NCBI GenBank assembly: GCA_951406725.2
Contig: OX597817.1
Span: 125,178,001 to 125,242,000, forward strand
DNA length: 64,000 bases
Source: Octopus vulgaris
Lineage: Eukaryota
Direction: 5' to 3'
Both the position numbers and the translations under genes were made by a program. Positions 12,306-26,474 of the stretch are shown here, one piece after another; position 1 is the first letter of the stretch; every line of letters starts with the position of its first letter. The notes below the pieces were generated by a model, which was not told the DNA's origin, searched no databases, and worked only from the letters and a program-made list of their open reading frames with translations.

Positions 12306-15049
12306 GTTCATTTATTTATTTATCACAAAAGTAATACAAAATAAAGATTAAGAGAAACAAATACAACACCTCATCCTTTTCCTAGACATACAAATATATA
12401 TACAACAAAGTAAATGGACTTAACATGTTAATCTATTCAAATTGAGCGTTTCAAAATTTATCACTGGAACAAAAAGATGCAAAACATTTCTTTCAGTAAA
12501 TACATCAATTTTTCACAATTACGTCTGTATTAAGAGTATTTTTGTAATAAATCAGTAACAAACAACACCTCAAGTTTTCAGAAAAAGTGAAGAAAGGAGA
12601 GCATAGAAAGAACTATTATAACAGTTGCATTACTTGAGTGTTGAAGAAGATTAGTACTTTAACTACAGGAATTTGTCATGTGAAAATACTTACTTTTACA
12701 TATGAATGACATCAGAGATGATAAATTACTTACATCTTTTGAGAAAATCTTTGTTAAGGCTAACTCAATTACAGACTATCCAACCACAGAAGATATTAAA
12801 AAGTGCTGTACCGATCATCTTTTACAAAAAAAAAAAGAAGTCTTCCTAAATACATATGGCACAAAATAAGTAAGAGTGGCACAGAAACGGCATTATGGCA
12901 AGTAGATAATGTTTTGTAAAGATTTAGACTTTCAAATATTAGTACACAGACACTTGTATTAGAGGAAGAAGAGTATGGTTGACCTTGTCATAATTTGCAT
13001 TCCTAATGTAAGCAACTGGTACGAAAATAAATAAATATAAAAATAAGGCATATTATCTAAAGCTGTAATCAATCTGCCAATCTACCACTCCTTTTTGAAA
13101 ACATTATATGATAATCAATAAAACACCTATAAAAGTTATGTAAAGTGTTGTTATAATAGATGCAAGATCTTTAAAAAAAAAAAGACATAATGAAAGCATA
13201 CTTTTACTTAAAAGTAGAAATAAATTCTCATCCCTAGAACTAGGTTGTAAGAACTATAATGATAACAAATCAAAAGTGACAAATAATAGATGAAAATGAG
13301 AAGACAAACAGAGCTGTCCCACTTTTACTCTTTTTTTTTTTCAAATTATATTTTCCGATTCCTAACAGATAAAAAGAAAACGTATTCTATTGATAATTTT
13401 TTTTTTTATTTATGTTATTTTGCTGCTTTATACTAATCTCTTGAGTGTCTTGTATTTTTCTTAATTTTCTTTTTAATCAGGGATGGTCTACAATACAGTT
13501 TAAGCTTAGAAAATAATTTTTTTCTTGTCTCCCTTTAAATGCTGCTTTTTAAGTACAACTATTTACCTTTCATGTATGATGTTTTTCTTACCCTTTTTTT
13601 TATATTCTTTGTCAATTACCAATACCTAATTATATAGATTTCTCTATAGTTGTTTTGTGTCATCTTACTGCAGACAATAAGATAAAATGTTTTTCTATTT
13701 ACCTATGTATTATCTATAAAAGATAATTATTTCATGGAGCACCCAAATCCTTTGAAAGATTCTATCCTTAATAAAATAATCAAAGTAAAACAAACTACCT
13801 TCATTCAGAAAAAAACCTGTTTCTATCCTTCAACAAAACATGACACAACCAGAAAAACAAAGTTAAAAAGCATCAATAAATAAATACATAAACAACATGG
13901 AGTTATAATAAATATCAACGTTTTATTGCAAGAAATTGGTGTAGTATATAGAATAATTTGATTACAATTTATAAACTTCTTTCATTATTTGAGGAATGCA
14001 CAGGACTCAGACATTCTCCCCTGCTAGTTGGTGTAAGGATATTGTGAGTGATAAACTGAAATACTTGAAGATTTTCTTAAAGGTTTGTCACTTCAATCAT
14101 TGGCTTTTGCCAGTGATAAGAAATGTAATTTGAACTCAGAATTCACAAAGTTGAAATGAATATCGAGAATTTTCCCTATTAACAGTCTAACAATATGCCA
14201 TTCTATTGTTTTCCTTGACTAGTATTTTATTTATCGATCCTGAAAGAATGAAAGGAAAGGTAAACCTAGGCAGGATATGTACTTAAAATATAGAGAACAA
14301 AAGCAAATGCTCTACTTTGTCTAATTTAATGACCCTACAATATTATAGTGTTACTGCTATAACAACAAATATTACTCCTAACAGAGCTTATAGTTTCTCA
14401 TTTAGGCACAAGGCTAGCAATATTTAGGAGAAGGGGTTAATTAATTGCACCAACTTCAGTATTTGACTATTAATGTAATTTATCAACCATATAAAGGCGA
14501 AAACCACATTTGACACCAATAAAATTTGAACTCAGAATGTACAGAGCTAGAACAAACAGCATAAAAAAGATTTTCCCAACGTTTTAACAATTCTGCCAGC
14601 TCACCATCTTAGTCTCACAGATATAATTTTTAAAATGGGTAAAGCAATACAGCTGTTATACATATGAAACACAATAGTTAAATCAGCATTAATATGCTTA
14701 ATGCCATGAGCATATTTTTATCATTTAGTGAAGAGAGGCAGACATTAACGTGACACTTTACAAGGTTTCTTAGACTGGTGGAAGGAAGAGAGAGGAAGTT
14801 AACCTCAAATTGGAACCCTTACCAAAATGCTTGTAACACAGCTGACTTTCATAAAGGATTTCAAGAGTTAAGTGCTGCCAAACCAGGTGACAGTTTATGT
14901 CAACCAAACTATTAGTCCACAGTGGGATTTGAACTCAGAATGCAAGAGGAGAAAACTGTAAAGGTCACATTTGACTCCCTCTCCCCTTCTTCTTCTTCTT
15001 CTTCTTCTTCTTCTTTTTTCTGTTGCTGCTGCTGCTGTTATTAGCAACT

Positions 15050-15610
15050 AGATAGTAAAACCTAAAGGTAGTGTAGACTGAGCATATGCCTGTACATCAG
15101 CCACCATAGCATGCTTGTTTTGTCCTCTAATGCAGATGGAAAGATGGCTGCAACTAAACCACCTTTGCCAATCCACAAAAAGCTGAAGAGTAGACATTCC
15201 AATATGATAAGACCATAATTGGGGCAAAGCACAACAACTAAGCAGAGAATGATAATGAAAAAGTTTCAGCATTTGCCACTTCTACACCTTTGAGGTAGTG
15301 CTTCCTCTGCATTTTATTTCACCCCACTTCCATTCTACATTGAAGTCGGAACCAAACCAAACCCCAAGAATTTGATCAGTCAATCATTCCAGCATCACAC
15401 AAATACTTGCTTGTCAAGGTACCGGGCTGCAAGACCATTGACTTATCTTGGTTGATTTGAACCCCTGCCATTGTCTTGAATTCCCTTAGAATAAACAGTA
15501 CTTGTTGTCTCTGCTTTGATATATCTAACACCATGACAGTTATGATACTCAACCATTCCTAACTTCTGCAGTGGTGACTTTAGAGCCAACAGGGGCACTA
15601 AGCTTCCAAT
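15050..15610 (-). pseudogene. L1/Tx1-type LINE fragment (C-terminal part of RT)
   Basis: Minus strand reads LREFKTMAGVQINQDKS..ILGVWFGSDFNVEWKWGEIK, resembling the 'F...SGxxINxxKS..LGVWF' signature of L1/Tx1 ORF2; interrupted by stops. Confidence 0.55.
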
Positions 15611-17731
15611 TAGAAACAGTTCTGAGAGGTGGATGTTTAATACAATCAATACTCATGTTGATGCATCTACAAATTTAGAGTGCATTTGTTAAAATTGTTT
15701 TGATATTCACAAAAATGTCCATTTTCCCCTGATCTCTTTACAATGTTTCTGGTCTTTCTAAAGCATTCACTATCTACAACTTATCCATATTTATCACCTT
15801 TACCATATTCAGCTGTTGTGATCATGTTGTTGATTTTGATATTACTGCTCTCCTTCACCTCTGTGGAAGTGGTAAATTAGTGGTGGTAGTTGTGGTGAAG
15901 CAATTCTTTCCAATCCCAAATAGACACTGCTGTTATTGTTATTCACTGTGTTGCTGATGTTGAATTAGACATCAAACTTGGAATTCTTCATCGAAATTAC
16001 AAAACTCCTGTGGCTCTTGTCACTTTTCCATTTTCATTCTTGCTGCTGTTTTATTACTATCGGGATCATTGTTGCTGCCTTTGTTGTTATTAAAGTTGCT
16101 TAACAATGAAACAAGAGGTAATATGATAAATTTATTCACAGTTTCTATGTACCAAATGTCAACATCAAGAGTTTGATCAACCCTAGGCTGTAGTAAAAGA
16201 TACTGGCTCAGTACAGTTTCCAGTAAAATTGAATTTGGAACTACATGATTGCAAGCAAAATTCTTAACAATGCGATACTATTTTATACAAACTTCAAATT
16301 TCAGTAGCAATAGAAATGGTACAAATATAATTCCTAACAATGGAAAGCAATACGTTTGTAATAAAATCTATTGTTTTCATGAGACATGTAATAGCTGTCA
16401 GTGCATGTATCACTCGACAAGAAAAGATATGACAGAGAGAGACGTTTAACATCTGTTTGATATATGCTTCAGTATTCATTGTAAAGAAAAAAAAAACAGA
16501 AATTGAAGAGACATCTAGAAGCAACAGCAAAAATACAATATAATTTCAAGAAGACTTGCAATGTAAAACTCTTGGAACTAGTCATCAAATTTTTTATTTA
16601 ACTAAATATATATATATTTTTTTTTTAATATATTCCAAAAAGAGAGAATAAGCCATCAATATTCCAACAGTTCACTGTCACACAGAATATTGCCATGAAC
16701 AGCACTGCTTTCAATAATATTGTCCTGAACAATTGTGAAACTAATTTGTTGCTACTCCCATGTAGTAAAGGCTACTTCACCTGTTGCTTCAGCTCTCTTT
16801 ACCAGGGCAGTGTTGAAGAAAACTTAAAATATGGTAATAGTGCAAGTGACAAAAAAATGTATATAAGCAACAAATAAAAAAAAAATACAAGCTTGGCTAA
16901 TCATTTTCACCTATTTTTCCTAATGTGATCAAATCTGTCTATTATGTGTATGAATGATTTATAACTTAATTGAAAAAGATTTACAGTATTAACAAATTGA
17001 AAAATATATGAGCTAATAGGTTCTCGATTATTTATGATTGTTTAGTTCTGGGTTAGACCTAACTGACCAAACCTATGATCAATTGTTTTATACTTATTGT
17101 TGAAGATCAAGGTGCTATATGGTCGAAATGAACCTTGATCTAAAAGAAATTAAATCACAAGGTGTAGCAATGTAGTAAGGAACTATGAAATTCGTAATGA
17201 TATATTCCAAAGCTTCATCCTATGTATCTTTCTCAATAATGAATGGCATCATGAAGATTTACTTGGGAAAACATGAATTAAAAGCTAATTACAAATTCTA
17301 TGTTTAAAAAGAAAAAACAAATATATATATAGAGTATCAGCAATAAAACGACAGTACAGATTGTGAATTGGTTGTTGGTAAGAAGAGCATGTCTGCATGA
17401 GGTCATGAAGGAATGTAAGGAGTGGTGAGACACTATTGGAGCACATCTGTCCATTTAGTAGAAAACAGATGAAAAATATATGTGTGCATATATATGTATA
17501 TGTGTGTGTGTGTGTGAGTGTTTGAGTGTGTGTGTGTGTGTGTGTGCACACGTGTATGTATTAATATTCAGAAGCAACAAAGTGACTCAAGGGTTTCATG
17601 AATTAGCACCTAGCAACCTAATCATTAAAAAAAAAATTCTGTTTTCCAGTTTGCATCATCAAATCTACACAGACTGAGAGACAGATAGACAGACACACAC
17701 ACACACATCAAAAATTAAAATGACAAACGAT

Positions 17732-18385
17732 AGAAAAATGATATCATCAATTTCATTAGGTTTCACCTGCTTCTGCTATAAGAGGCAAAATGCACTCATA
17801 GTTGCATGCTTGTGAATCACCCTTTAGCTACATTGGAACTTCAAACATGAAGCACAATTCTTTTCAATTAAGGATAGTGCCTCTTACAGTACCTACCCCC
17901 ATCTTCTTTTAAAGATCTACCAAAAGGAAAGCTGCCTTTCTTCAGACCTTTCAATTCCATTTGCCAAGCAACGTCTTTTGCTATAGTTGCTAGGCAGAGG
18001 AAACTTGATACCTCTGCCCATTAAAAGAGCATGTTGGAGCAATTTACGCTTTAGATGGGGCTGATAACTAAGTCAATTCCATATGCAAGGCAGTTGTTTG
18101 ATATTACATTACACATCAGTATTGCCTGGGCCCCAAAAGACTGTGTATGCACTTCGTATTTGGAGCTCTGATGAAGCTATACAGTGATGCACAAGCATGC
18201 AGATATGAGTGTTTGCCTCTTATAGCAGAAACGGCTGTAAGGCTAATGAAGGTCATCATATAATTTTCTTTTCACATCTTAGTTTCTAATTACTGTTCTG
18301 AACTCAACTGACACTTTGTTCTAAAGTACACATGTACTGAGTTCTAATATTAGATTGTTAGTATTTCTAAGTCAAAGTGAAATAC
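17732..18385 (+). mobile_element. Fold-back Penelope-like relic P1 (inverted arms ~17732-17864 and ~18135-18269, 3' extension to (TA)n)
   Basis: Left ttctgctataagaggcaaa..gcatgcttgtg is the reverse complement of right cacaagcatgc..tttgcctcttatagcagaa; hammerhead core in the right arm. Confidence 0.7.
18163..18245 (+). ncRNA. Type I hammerhead ribozyme motif
   Basis: gagct CTGATGA a gctata..(long loop)..tatagc a GAAAC ggct GTA aggct; canonical CUGAUGA/GAAA core with a GUA cleavage triplet; stem I imperfect. Confidence 0.7.
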
Positions 18386-18874
18386 TATATATATATATAT
18401 ACACACACATATACATATATATACACATACATATACATATATATTTGTGTATATATATATATATATATATATATTCGTGTATATATTCATATACACACAC
18501 ACACATATATATGCATACATACATATATATGTGTATATATATGTATATATATATTTATATATATACACACACATATTTGAGTGGCAACAATCTGCCAATA
18601 AAAACACATCCAATGATTATATTCCTCTGTTTTTATAGTATTATTAGTTGATTAGCCAAACAAATGCCTCGTTAGCTAATTAACCAGTTAACTAATAGAT
18701 TGCTTGACTGATCATTTGATCCATTAATCAGTCAAATTTGTGGCTGTGACAAACTGCATACAAGCATCATTGATGAAGTAACAAATGGGCAATGAAAGTA
18801 CAATGATGAATTAACTGATCAAAAGTTTCATCAAACAGTTTATTAGCTTAGTGGTTAGTTAGTTAAGTTGTGGA

Positions 18875-18976
18875 ATAATAATAATAAGAAGAAGAATAAG
18901 AAGAAGAAGGATGAGGAGGAGAAGGAGGATAACAACAACAACAACAACAATAATAATAATAATAATAATAATAATG

Positions 18977-19007
<31 letters not shown>

Positions 19008-19020
19008 TGATGATGATGAT
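18875..19020. repeat. Compound trinucleotide repeat (AAT/AAG/GAG/AAC/AAT/GAT)
   Basis: Direct reading. Confidence 0.95.
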
Positions 19021-19773
19021 GCAGAGAAATGAAACAATCAATGCATATCTTTTTATTGGTTAAATGATCCTTCAATGATACAAAAATATCAGTTTCAACA
19101 AGTTTTCTCATATCAAATATTTTGCAAAACAAATGAAGAACACAAATACATACATGCATGCATATATGTATACATACATATATAAATGTATATATATGTG
19201 TGTGTGTGTGCGTCTGTGTGTGAGTGTGTGTAAATTAAATACAGAGATATTCCATTGACAATCCAATAGTTTATTTATATTACAATATTACATTAAATTG
19301 TTGTTGGCATCCTTTTGTCTCGGGAGACATTGGAGTTGTGCATAAACTAATCCAGTCTGGTTTTTACATTTCATGTCCTTTCCAGTTTTGCACAAGCCTG
19401 GGCTAAATGTAAGAAAACCCTGGATAGTCCAATCGTCAGGATTCCTCTCTCGACCTTGCTGATGTTGTCCAAAGGAATGCAGAGCTTTACATATGGCACC
19501 AGCTAGGTTGGAGGAGCTGTCGGAAGAGTGTTGAGTGGAACACTAAACCGCCTTCGGGGCTCCACTCTGGATTTCTTTGAAGGTTGTCTCCTTTCTGTAA
19601 CCCTGGAGAAGAGCCCATACCGGGTACAGTCAGCTGGAGCCAGCTGAACCTGGGACTCGTGTCAGGCAGGGTTGTCACTCCCTGAAGTAGTGAAGAAAAT
19701 CGCTACCCACTACCTAAATTATGTTAAATACTATGAATATAATATGTAGCATAACAATATTATATAAATAATT

Positions 19774-20595
<822 letters not shown>

Positions 20596-20600
<5 letters not shown>

Positions 20601-21094
20601 GGAGAAGAAAATGGATATAATAACATTGGGAAGGTTGTGGTTTTCACTGGTATGTCATTAATTAATTAGATAACAAAGAAGGAAGAAGCAGAGATGAAGG
20701 TGGCATTTACGATCATTTCAATTTACTGGTTTAAGTAAATCCCTTCAGAATACAAATATATATAGATGCACTGGTTAGGATGTGAAAATAATTGATACAT
20801 ATGTGATGGTAATGTAAACAAAAGTGATAATTGAAACAATCGTAAATGCTACCTTCATCTCTGCTTCTTCCTTCTTTGTTATCCAATTAATTAAAGACAT
20901 AACAGCAAAATCCACGAGCTTCCCAATGTTATTATATCCATTTTCTTCTCCTATATAACCTAAACTTCAGTTTACCAACCAAACCACCTACCATCGTACA
21001 ACCTTACAAAAGACTGTATGTACCCAAGAAATAACCAGGAGCGACTATGGATTTAACTATCCCTTAGAGGTATTAAACCTCTCTAACTGATACC
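20596..21094 (+). mobile_element. Fold-back Penelope-like relic P3 (arms ~20596-20722 and ~20829-20957)
   Basis: tataggagaagaaaatggatataataacattgggaag versus cttcccaatgttattatatccattttcttctcctata; (TA)n on both sides. Confidence 0.75.
20703..20753 (-). ncRNA. Compact type I hammerhead motif
   Basis: Minus strand: gtatt CTGAAGG gatttac ttaaacca gtaaatt GAAAT gatc GTA aatgc; stems I and II pair, loop III is palindromic GATC; the other arm has GAAAC; the A after CUGAAG is changed to G. Confidence 0.6.
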
Positions 21095-21173
21095 TATATA
21101 CATATATATACACACATATATATAGCATCATAAACACTAAAATTCATGTTCTATGCTGGCCTATTTTTGACTA

Positions 21174-21206
<33 letters not shown>

Positions 21207-23220
21207 CATACACTCTTATAGTGGATGGTATTAGGAAGGGCATCCAGCCATAGAAACCATGCCAAACCAGACTGGGACCTGGTACAAGTCTCCAGTAGAC
21301 CTGTCCAACTCATACTGGCAGGGAAAGTGAATGTTAAATGATGGTGATAATGATGATGATATAGATATGGTGAGGTGACAAATGAACAAGGCACTCAACA
21401 CATTTAGTAACACTTACATATATTACTATTTAAAAAAGTGAGCACTTTTTATAATGCTAGAGACAATTTCCTGTCTTGTTATTGTTTGAAATTCAATATG
21501 GTTTGTATATCAACCATATGAACAAAACCTTGATTTAGCAAAATTGCTTCATTTTTAGAAATTTTAGATCACATTTTTTTCTGATATGGAAATAGTTCGC
21601 ACCCTTACATGACCAAAAACTGAATTTTAATTCTATTTTATGATGCAATGGTATATATATATATATAAATCCAAGAGTTAAGGAATGGAGTAGATAAAAT
21701 CCAGGTTACATATGTTTCATGCATTTAGATCTCATGAGATCACTGCATATTGTAGATATCCCCATTACTGAAGATCTCTCCTAGAAAATGCATATTCACC
21801 AAAGTAACATAGACTCTTAGCAACTACCACCCCACTTCAAATCTCCAATAAGACTCTTGGAGCCCTATTTCATCATCTGGAGCAATTCTGCTGCTACATA
21901 TGCAAACATTCTAGATTGTATCAAAAAAAAAAATCATTCAATGTCTGACATGAAATTCTTTATCATTACACGCTAGCCTCTGGTTCACAGATGTGCTGTG
22001 TCCTCTCTCTGATTTTTTTCTGCATTTATTCCAGTGGCCTCTTGCTACACTGAGTTGGTTAGTCCCACATCATCTCAGCTTGAGAATGCCTGACTCACTC
22101 CTGTCTGCCTTCGTGTCATCCATACTGTGTCCCTCACCACCATTCTCTGGTCCTCCACTGTCAATAACAGATCGCCCCTAGATCACCATCACATTAAAAT
22201 TTCCTCACCAAATGAGTTTTCTGGCAGCTGTTGAATTGCTGCAGTTCTTGAAGAATTATAACTATATTATTATAACTCAAGTTAACGGATGCAGCCTGTA
22301 AAATCGACTGAAATAATGTAACAAAGAAATAAATACATAAAATATACATTTCAAGTTTTGGTACAGGGCCGAACATTTCAGGGTTTGGGAGGCTAATTGA
22401 TTACTGGTATGATTTTATTGACCCCTAAAGGATGAAAGGCAAAGTTGACCGCGACAGAATGTCAAAATGGACAAAATGCATCTAAGCATATTGCCCAGTG
22501 TACAAAAATTTCTGCCTGTTAGCAGAATAAATAAATAATGATAGACCTTGAGTTCATAATGATTTACTTCATTATTTAAAATTCATTGAAATTTAAATAA
22601 GAAACTCAGTTAGTTTAAATGCATACACTTGCAAATGAGTCATTGAAACAATAGTTTTATAACTCCTCTGTTCTACTTTATTTCAAATATTTGACAAGTT
22701 GAACTTTGTATCTTGATATGTAGTGAGAAGAAAGTGAGGTATTACTAAAACCTACCAATAATATGTTAAAGAAAAGATTGGAATTTTATAACTACTTTAC
22801 AGACTGAAATGACAATCTGGTGCAGGCAGCGATTACATTTGTAAAACAGTAGGATGTCTGAGAAAAATGTAGCTTTTAGGCACATTGTGATAATGCAGAA
22901 CATTGCTACTTTAAAGGTGAATGATGCAACAAACAGCTGTAATGCAATATTCCCTCAAACTTTTACATACTGAACGTTGAGAGAGTTAGGAAATGTTTCT
23001 GTTGCAAAATCTAAGATGCATTTCCAAATTGCTGTGCGTTGGATATCTTCCCTATGGTTATCACCTGAGTAATGCATTTAGAAGAAAAATTACCAAAATT
23101 TATTGTGCAAATGATTTTATATATTTCCCTCTCTCGAGAAGTAAATCGCTTGCTGTTAGAATTCAATTCTGAAGAAAACAAAATTTCGAGTTGAATCATC
23201 GGTCCCAAAATAGCACTTAC

Positions 23221-23271
23221 TTAACTATGTAGAATCATACGCATATCCCTATTTTCTGATGTAATTATGAA
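23221..23271 (-). other. Candidate 51-nt (probably non-coding) exon
   Basis: Minus strand cttattttattttattcag|..|gtaagt; a stop occurs in all three frames; unique flanks with several CpGs. Confidence 0.2.
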
Positions 23272-24293
23272 CTGAATAAAATAAAATAAGCACAACTAGT
23301 TTTAAATATATATATTTCAACAGCAATTTCTTATGAAATAGAAATCATGGTTGAAATGGAAATGCAGCAAGTACCTTTTAGTAAATAAGAATAAGCTTTT
23401 ATTTTATTTACTTATATATTTATTTATTTTGGTTGAATAGATCCTTCCAGTAAAATAGTTCGCCAAAGATAAATTCTCTACAATGAATAACACTGCAAAT
23501 AATTTATATTTCCATGATGCATCAAAGCACAAGAGATGGAAATAATAGCTTCTGTTGAGTAATTTATTACAGTTTGATTATTAGAACAAAGTTATGTGAT
23601 TCTTTTGAATGTCAGCTATTGTAAAAGGGAGAAAAGAGGCCAGATGTAGTCAAAGATGCCAATAAATAATTCTTTAAGCTTCTAGTCTAATTAGTGATGA
23701 ACCAACTCATTTATTGAACTTTTGGAGACATTAAGCATAGGAAAATAAATCAAATATGAATTGTGGTCAGCATGTGAGCAGGAATAAATTTCATTTTGAT
23801 TTTTGTCCTATGGGCAATAATCTCTCTTTCTATCTTCCTGATGAATTTCCGTGTATAACTTTTACTGATGTAGACTGCCACTACTTTCCTCAGAATCTGT
23901 ATTTTTATGAGCTTCTCTGTCATAAAGACAACAATGCTCTGATCTATATTTTCAGATCTCTTCCTCAGATCAAACAATTTAATGTTTATAACAAATATGT
24001 CTCTCCTTAGTTGTGTGATATAGACTTGATAATTAGATGCACAACAAATTGTTACCATTACTAGGTTATCAGATAACTTCACACTAAATAAACTGACAAA
24101 TCATATATATTATCATAGATGTAGGAGACTAGCAATGATGGTGGTGGTGGTCTCTGTCAGAACATACTGTCTCGTATATAATGTTTTCATATTATATATG
24201 TATGAATATATATATATATATAGATAGACACAGAAAGACAGAAAAAAGAAAGAGAGATTGAGTGAGAGAGATGGATATTTATGTATATACACA

Positions 24294-24401
<108 letters not shown>

Positions 24402-24499
24402 CACATTTTTGTATGTATATATGTGTATATATGTGTGCGCATATATACATACACACACACATATATATATGTGCATATATACATACATATATACATATA

Positions 24500-25384
24500 C
24501 AATACCATGCAAAAGTCTTCTGCTACTTTAAACTATTGTAAATTTCTACAGATTGCCAGCTTATAGATGAATGTTTCACATTGTTTGTTTGTTTGTTTTT
24601 TCAGATGAAACATTGGCCCTGTTGGAATCATTTCCATACCTAATCATTATATTGTGTAGTAGGGGTCCAGAATGAGAGGGGAAGATGTGAGACGACCACC
24701 AAAAATGGTCGTGCAAAAGGTTTCAGTCATCTCAAACAAACCAATCAAAATACAGTGTTTTAAAACAGAAAAATGTCTATAATGAAATTTTATTATATAA
24801 TGTACATTTCAAGAAGTTACTGTACATTGTTAATATTTTGAGTGGCTTCCTTTAGCTTGAATAATTGCTTCAATGTGCCCAAGAAGAGATGCATACAAAT
24901 CCTTCACCATCTCCACAACTCTTCAAGATTGTGTGGGTTCTTCTGACAAACTCTTCTTTTTAGTTCTGTCCACATTTGCTTGATGATATTTAAGTCAGGG
25001 CTCTGAGCTGGCCAAATTTTCAATGAAGTCACACCTTCATCAGCCAGACTCCGTTGTGTTGCACATGATTTGTAGTATGAAATTCCGTCATGTTGAAAAA
25101 TCTCACCTTCATCCAAGTCTGGTATCAACCTGTCCTTCAGCAACTGGATGTAGTTGGCACTGTTCAAGTTACCATCTATTTCAACCAACTTTCTTCAACT
25201 ATCACTTTATTTTATGTATCTCCAAAACATCAACCTCTTAACCCCAAACTTCACTGTTTTTGTCGTGTAACACGGGTCACTTCACTTTCCTAGAGGCCTT
25301 CTGACAAATTCTTGCTAATTAGAAGTACAATGATCCATGTTACACAATTTAAACAACATAGCTAAAGACTTTTACATGGAACTG
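24500..25384 (-). mobile_element. Internally deleted Tc1-type DNA transposon
   Basis: TIRs caataccatgcaaaagtctt / aagacttttacatggaactg with TA on both sides; ORF 24904-25188 has IFQHDG..WPAQSPDLNIIKQMWTELKRRV (Tc1 DDE C-terminal motifs). Confidence 0.9.
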
Positions 25385-25433
25385 TATACATACACATACA
25401 TACATATATATATATATATATTATATATATATG

Positions 25434-25832
25434 TATAAAAGAAGAAAAAGAAAATGAAGATTTGGATGTTAATAATTGGTTATTATTAACAGCAAATTAA
25501 TCATCTTCACTTACAGCTGTTTCAATTAATACTCATTAAATATTAAGTAAATATTAAATTTATATTATAGCATTTATATTATAGCATTCAGTCTGCTATA
25601 ACGAAGCCATAAACTCATATAAATCAACCAATTGCATACATCGTTCTTGTTTTGCCTCTGAAGATATGCTCAGGTCATATAAATATAAATTTAATATTTA
25701 CTTAATATTTAATGAGTATTAATTCAAACAGCTGTCAGTGAAGATGATTAATTTGCTGCTAATAATAATCAGTTATTAACTTCCCAATCTCCATTTCCTT
25801 TTTCTTCTTTTATATGAATTTGAACTATATGT

Positions 25833-25872
<40 letters not shown>

Positions 25873-25960
25873 CTATTATTTTAAGGAAATAAATTCCCCC
25901 AAACTACTAAGTATTGAATCAGTATTTCCTTCATGAGGTTAACACAACCTCTAATCAAAT
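25434..25960 (+). mobile_element. Fold-back Penelope-like relic P4 (arms ~25434-25566 and ~25681-25814)
   Basis: aattaatactcattaaatattaagtaaatattaaatttata is exactly inverted at ~25684-25724; flanked by (TA)n. Confidence 0.75.
25655..25740 (+). ncRNA. Mutated type I hammerhead motif
   Basis: cct CTGAAGA tatgctca..tgagtat taatt CAAAC agct GTC agtg; the left arm keeps GAAAC agct GTA; palindromic loop AGCT. Confidence 0.55.
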
Positions 25961-26029
25961 TATATATTATATATGTGTGGTGGGGGGGCATATATGTGTG
26001 TGGGGAGTATGTATATGTGTGTGTCTATA

Positions 26030-26415
26030 GGCGCAGAAGAGGCTGTGTGGTTAGTAGCTTGCCTACCAACCACATGGTTCTGGGTTCAGTCTTACTATGT
26101 GGCACCTAGGGCAAGTGTCTTCTACTATAGCCTCCAGCCAACCAAAGCCTTGCGAGTGGATTTGGTAGACGGAAACTGAAAGAAGTTCATCGTATATATA
26201 TATGGGTATGTATATATTTGTATGTCTGTGTTTGACCCCCCCCCAATATCATTTGACAATTGATGCTGGTATGTTTAAGTCCACGTCACTTAGTGGTTCG
26301 GCAAGGGTGTCCAATAGAATAAGTACTAGGCTTACAAAGTATAAGTCGTGGGGTCGATTTGGTCGACTAAAGGTGGTACTCCAGCATGGCCACAGTCAAA
26401 TGACTGAAACAAATA
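26030..26415 (+). mobile_element. SINE family 'A'
   Basis: Aligns by eye with 1849-2203 and 44968-45365. Confidence 0.85.
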
Positions 26416-26439
26416 TATATATATATATAAACACGAGGC

Positions 26440-26471
<32 letters not shown>

Positions 26472-26474
<3 letters not shown>

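Noticed and set aside
11819-12351. Long poly-Pro/Thr/Val ORFs resembling mucin or formin regions
   Set aside because: Read-through of a GTA/GTG trinucleotide repeat, open in several frames on both strands, with no supporting exon structure
23750-24082. Overlapping 110-aa and 84-aa ORFs in unique DNA
   Set aside because: No recognisable domain or convincing splice sites
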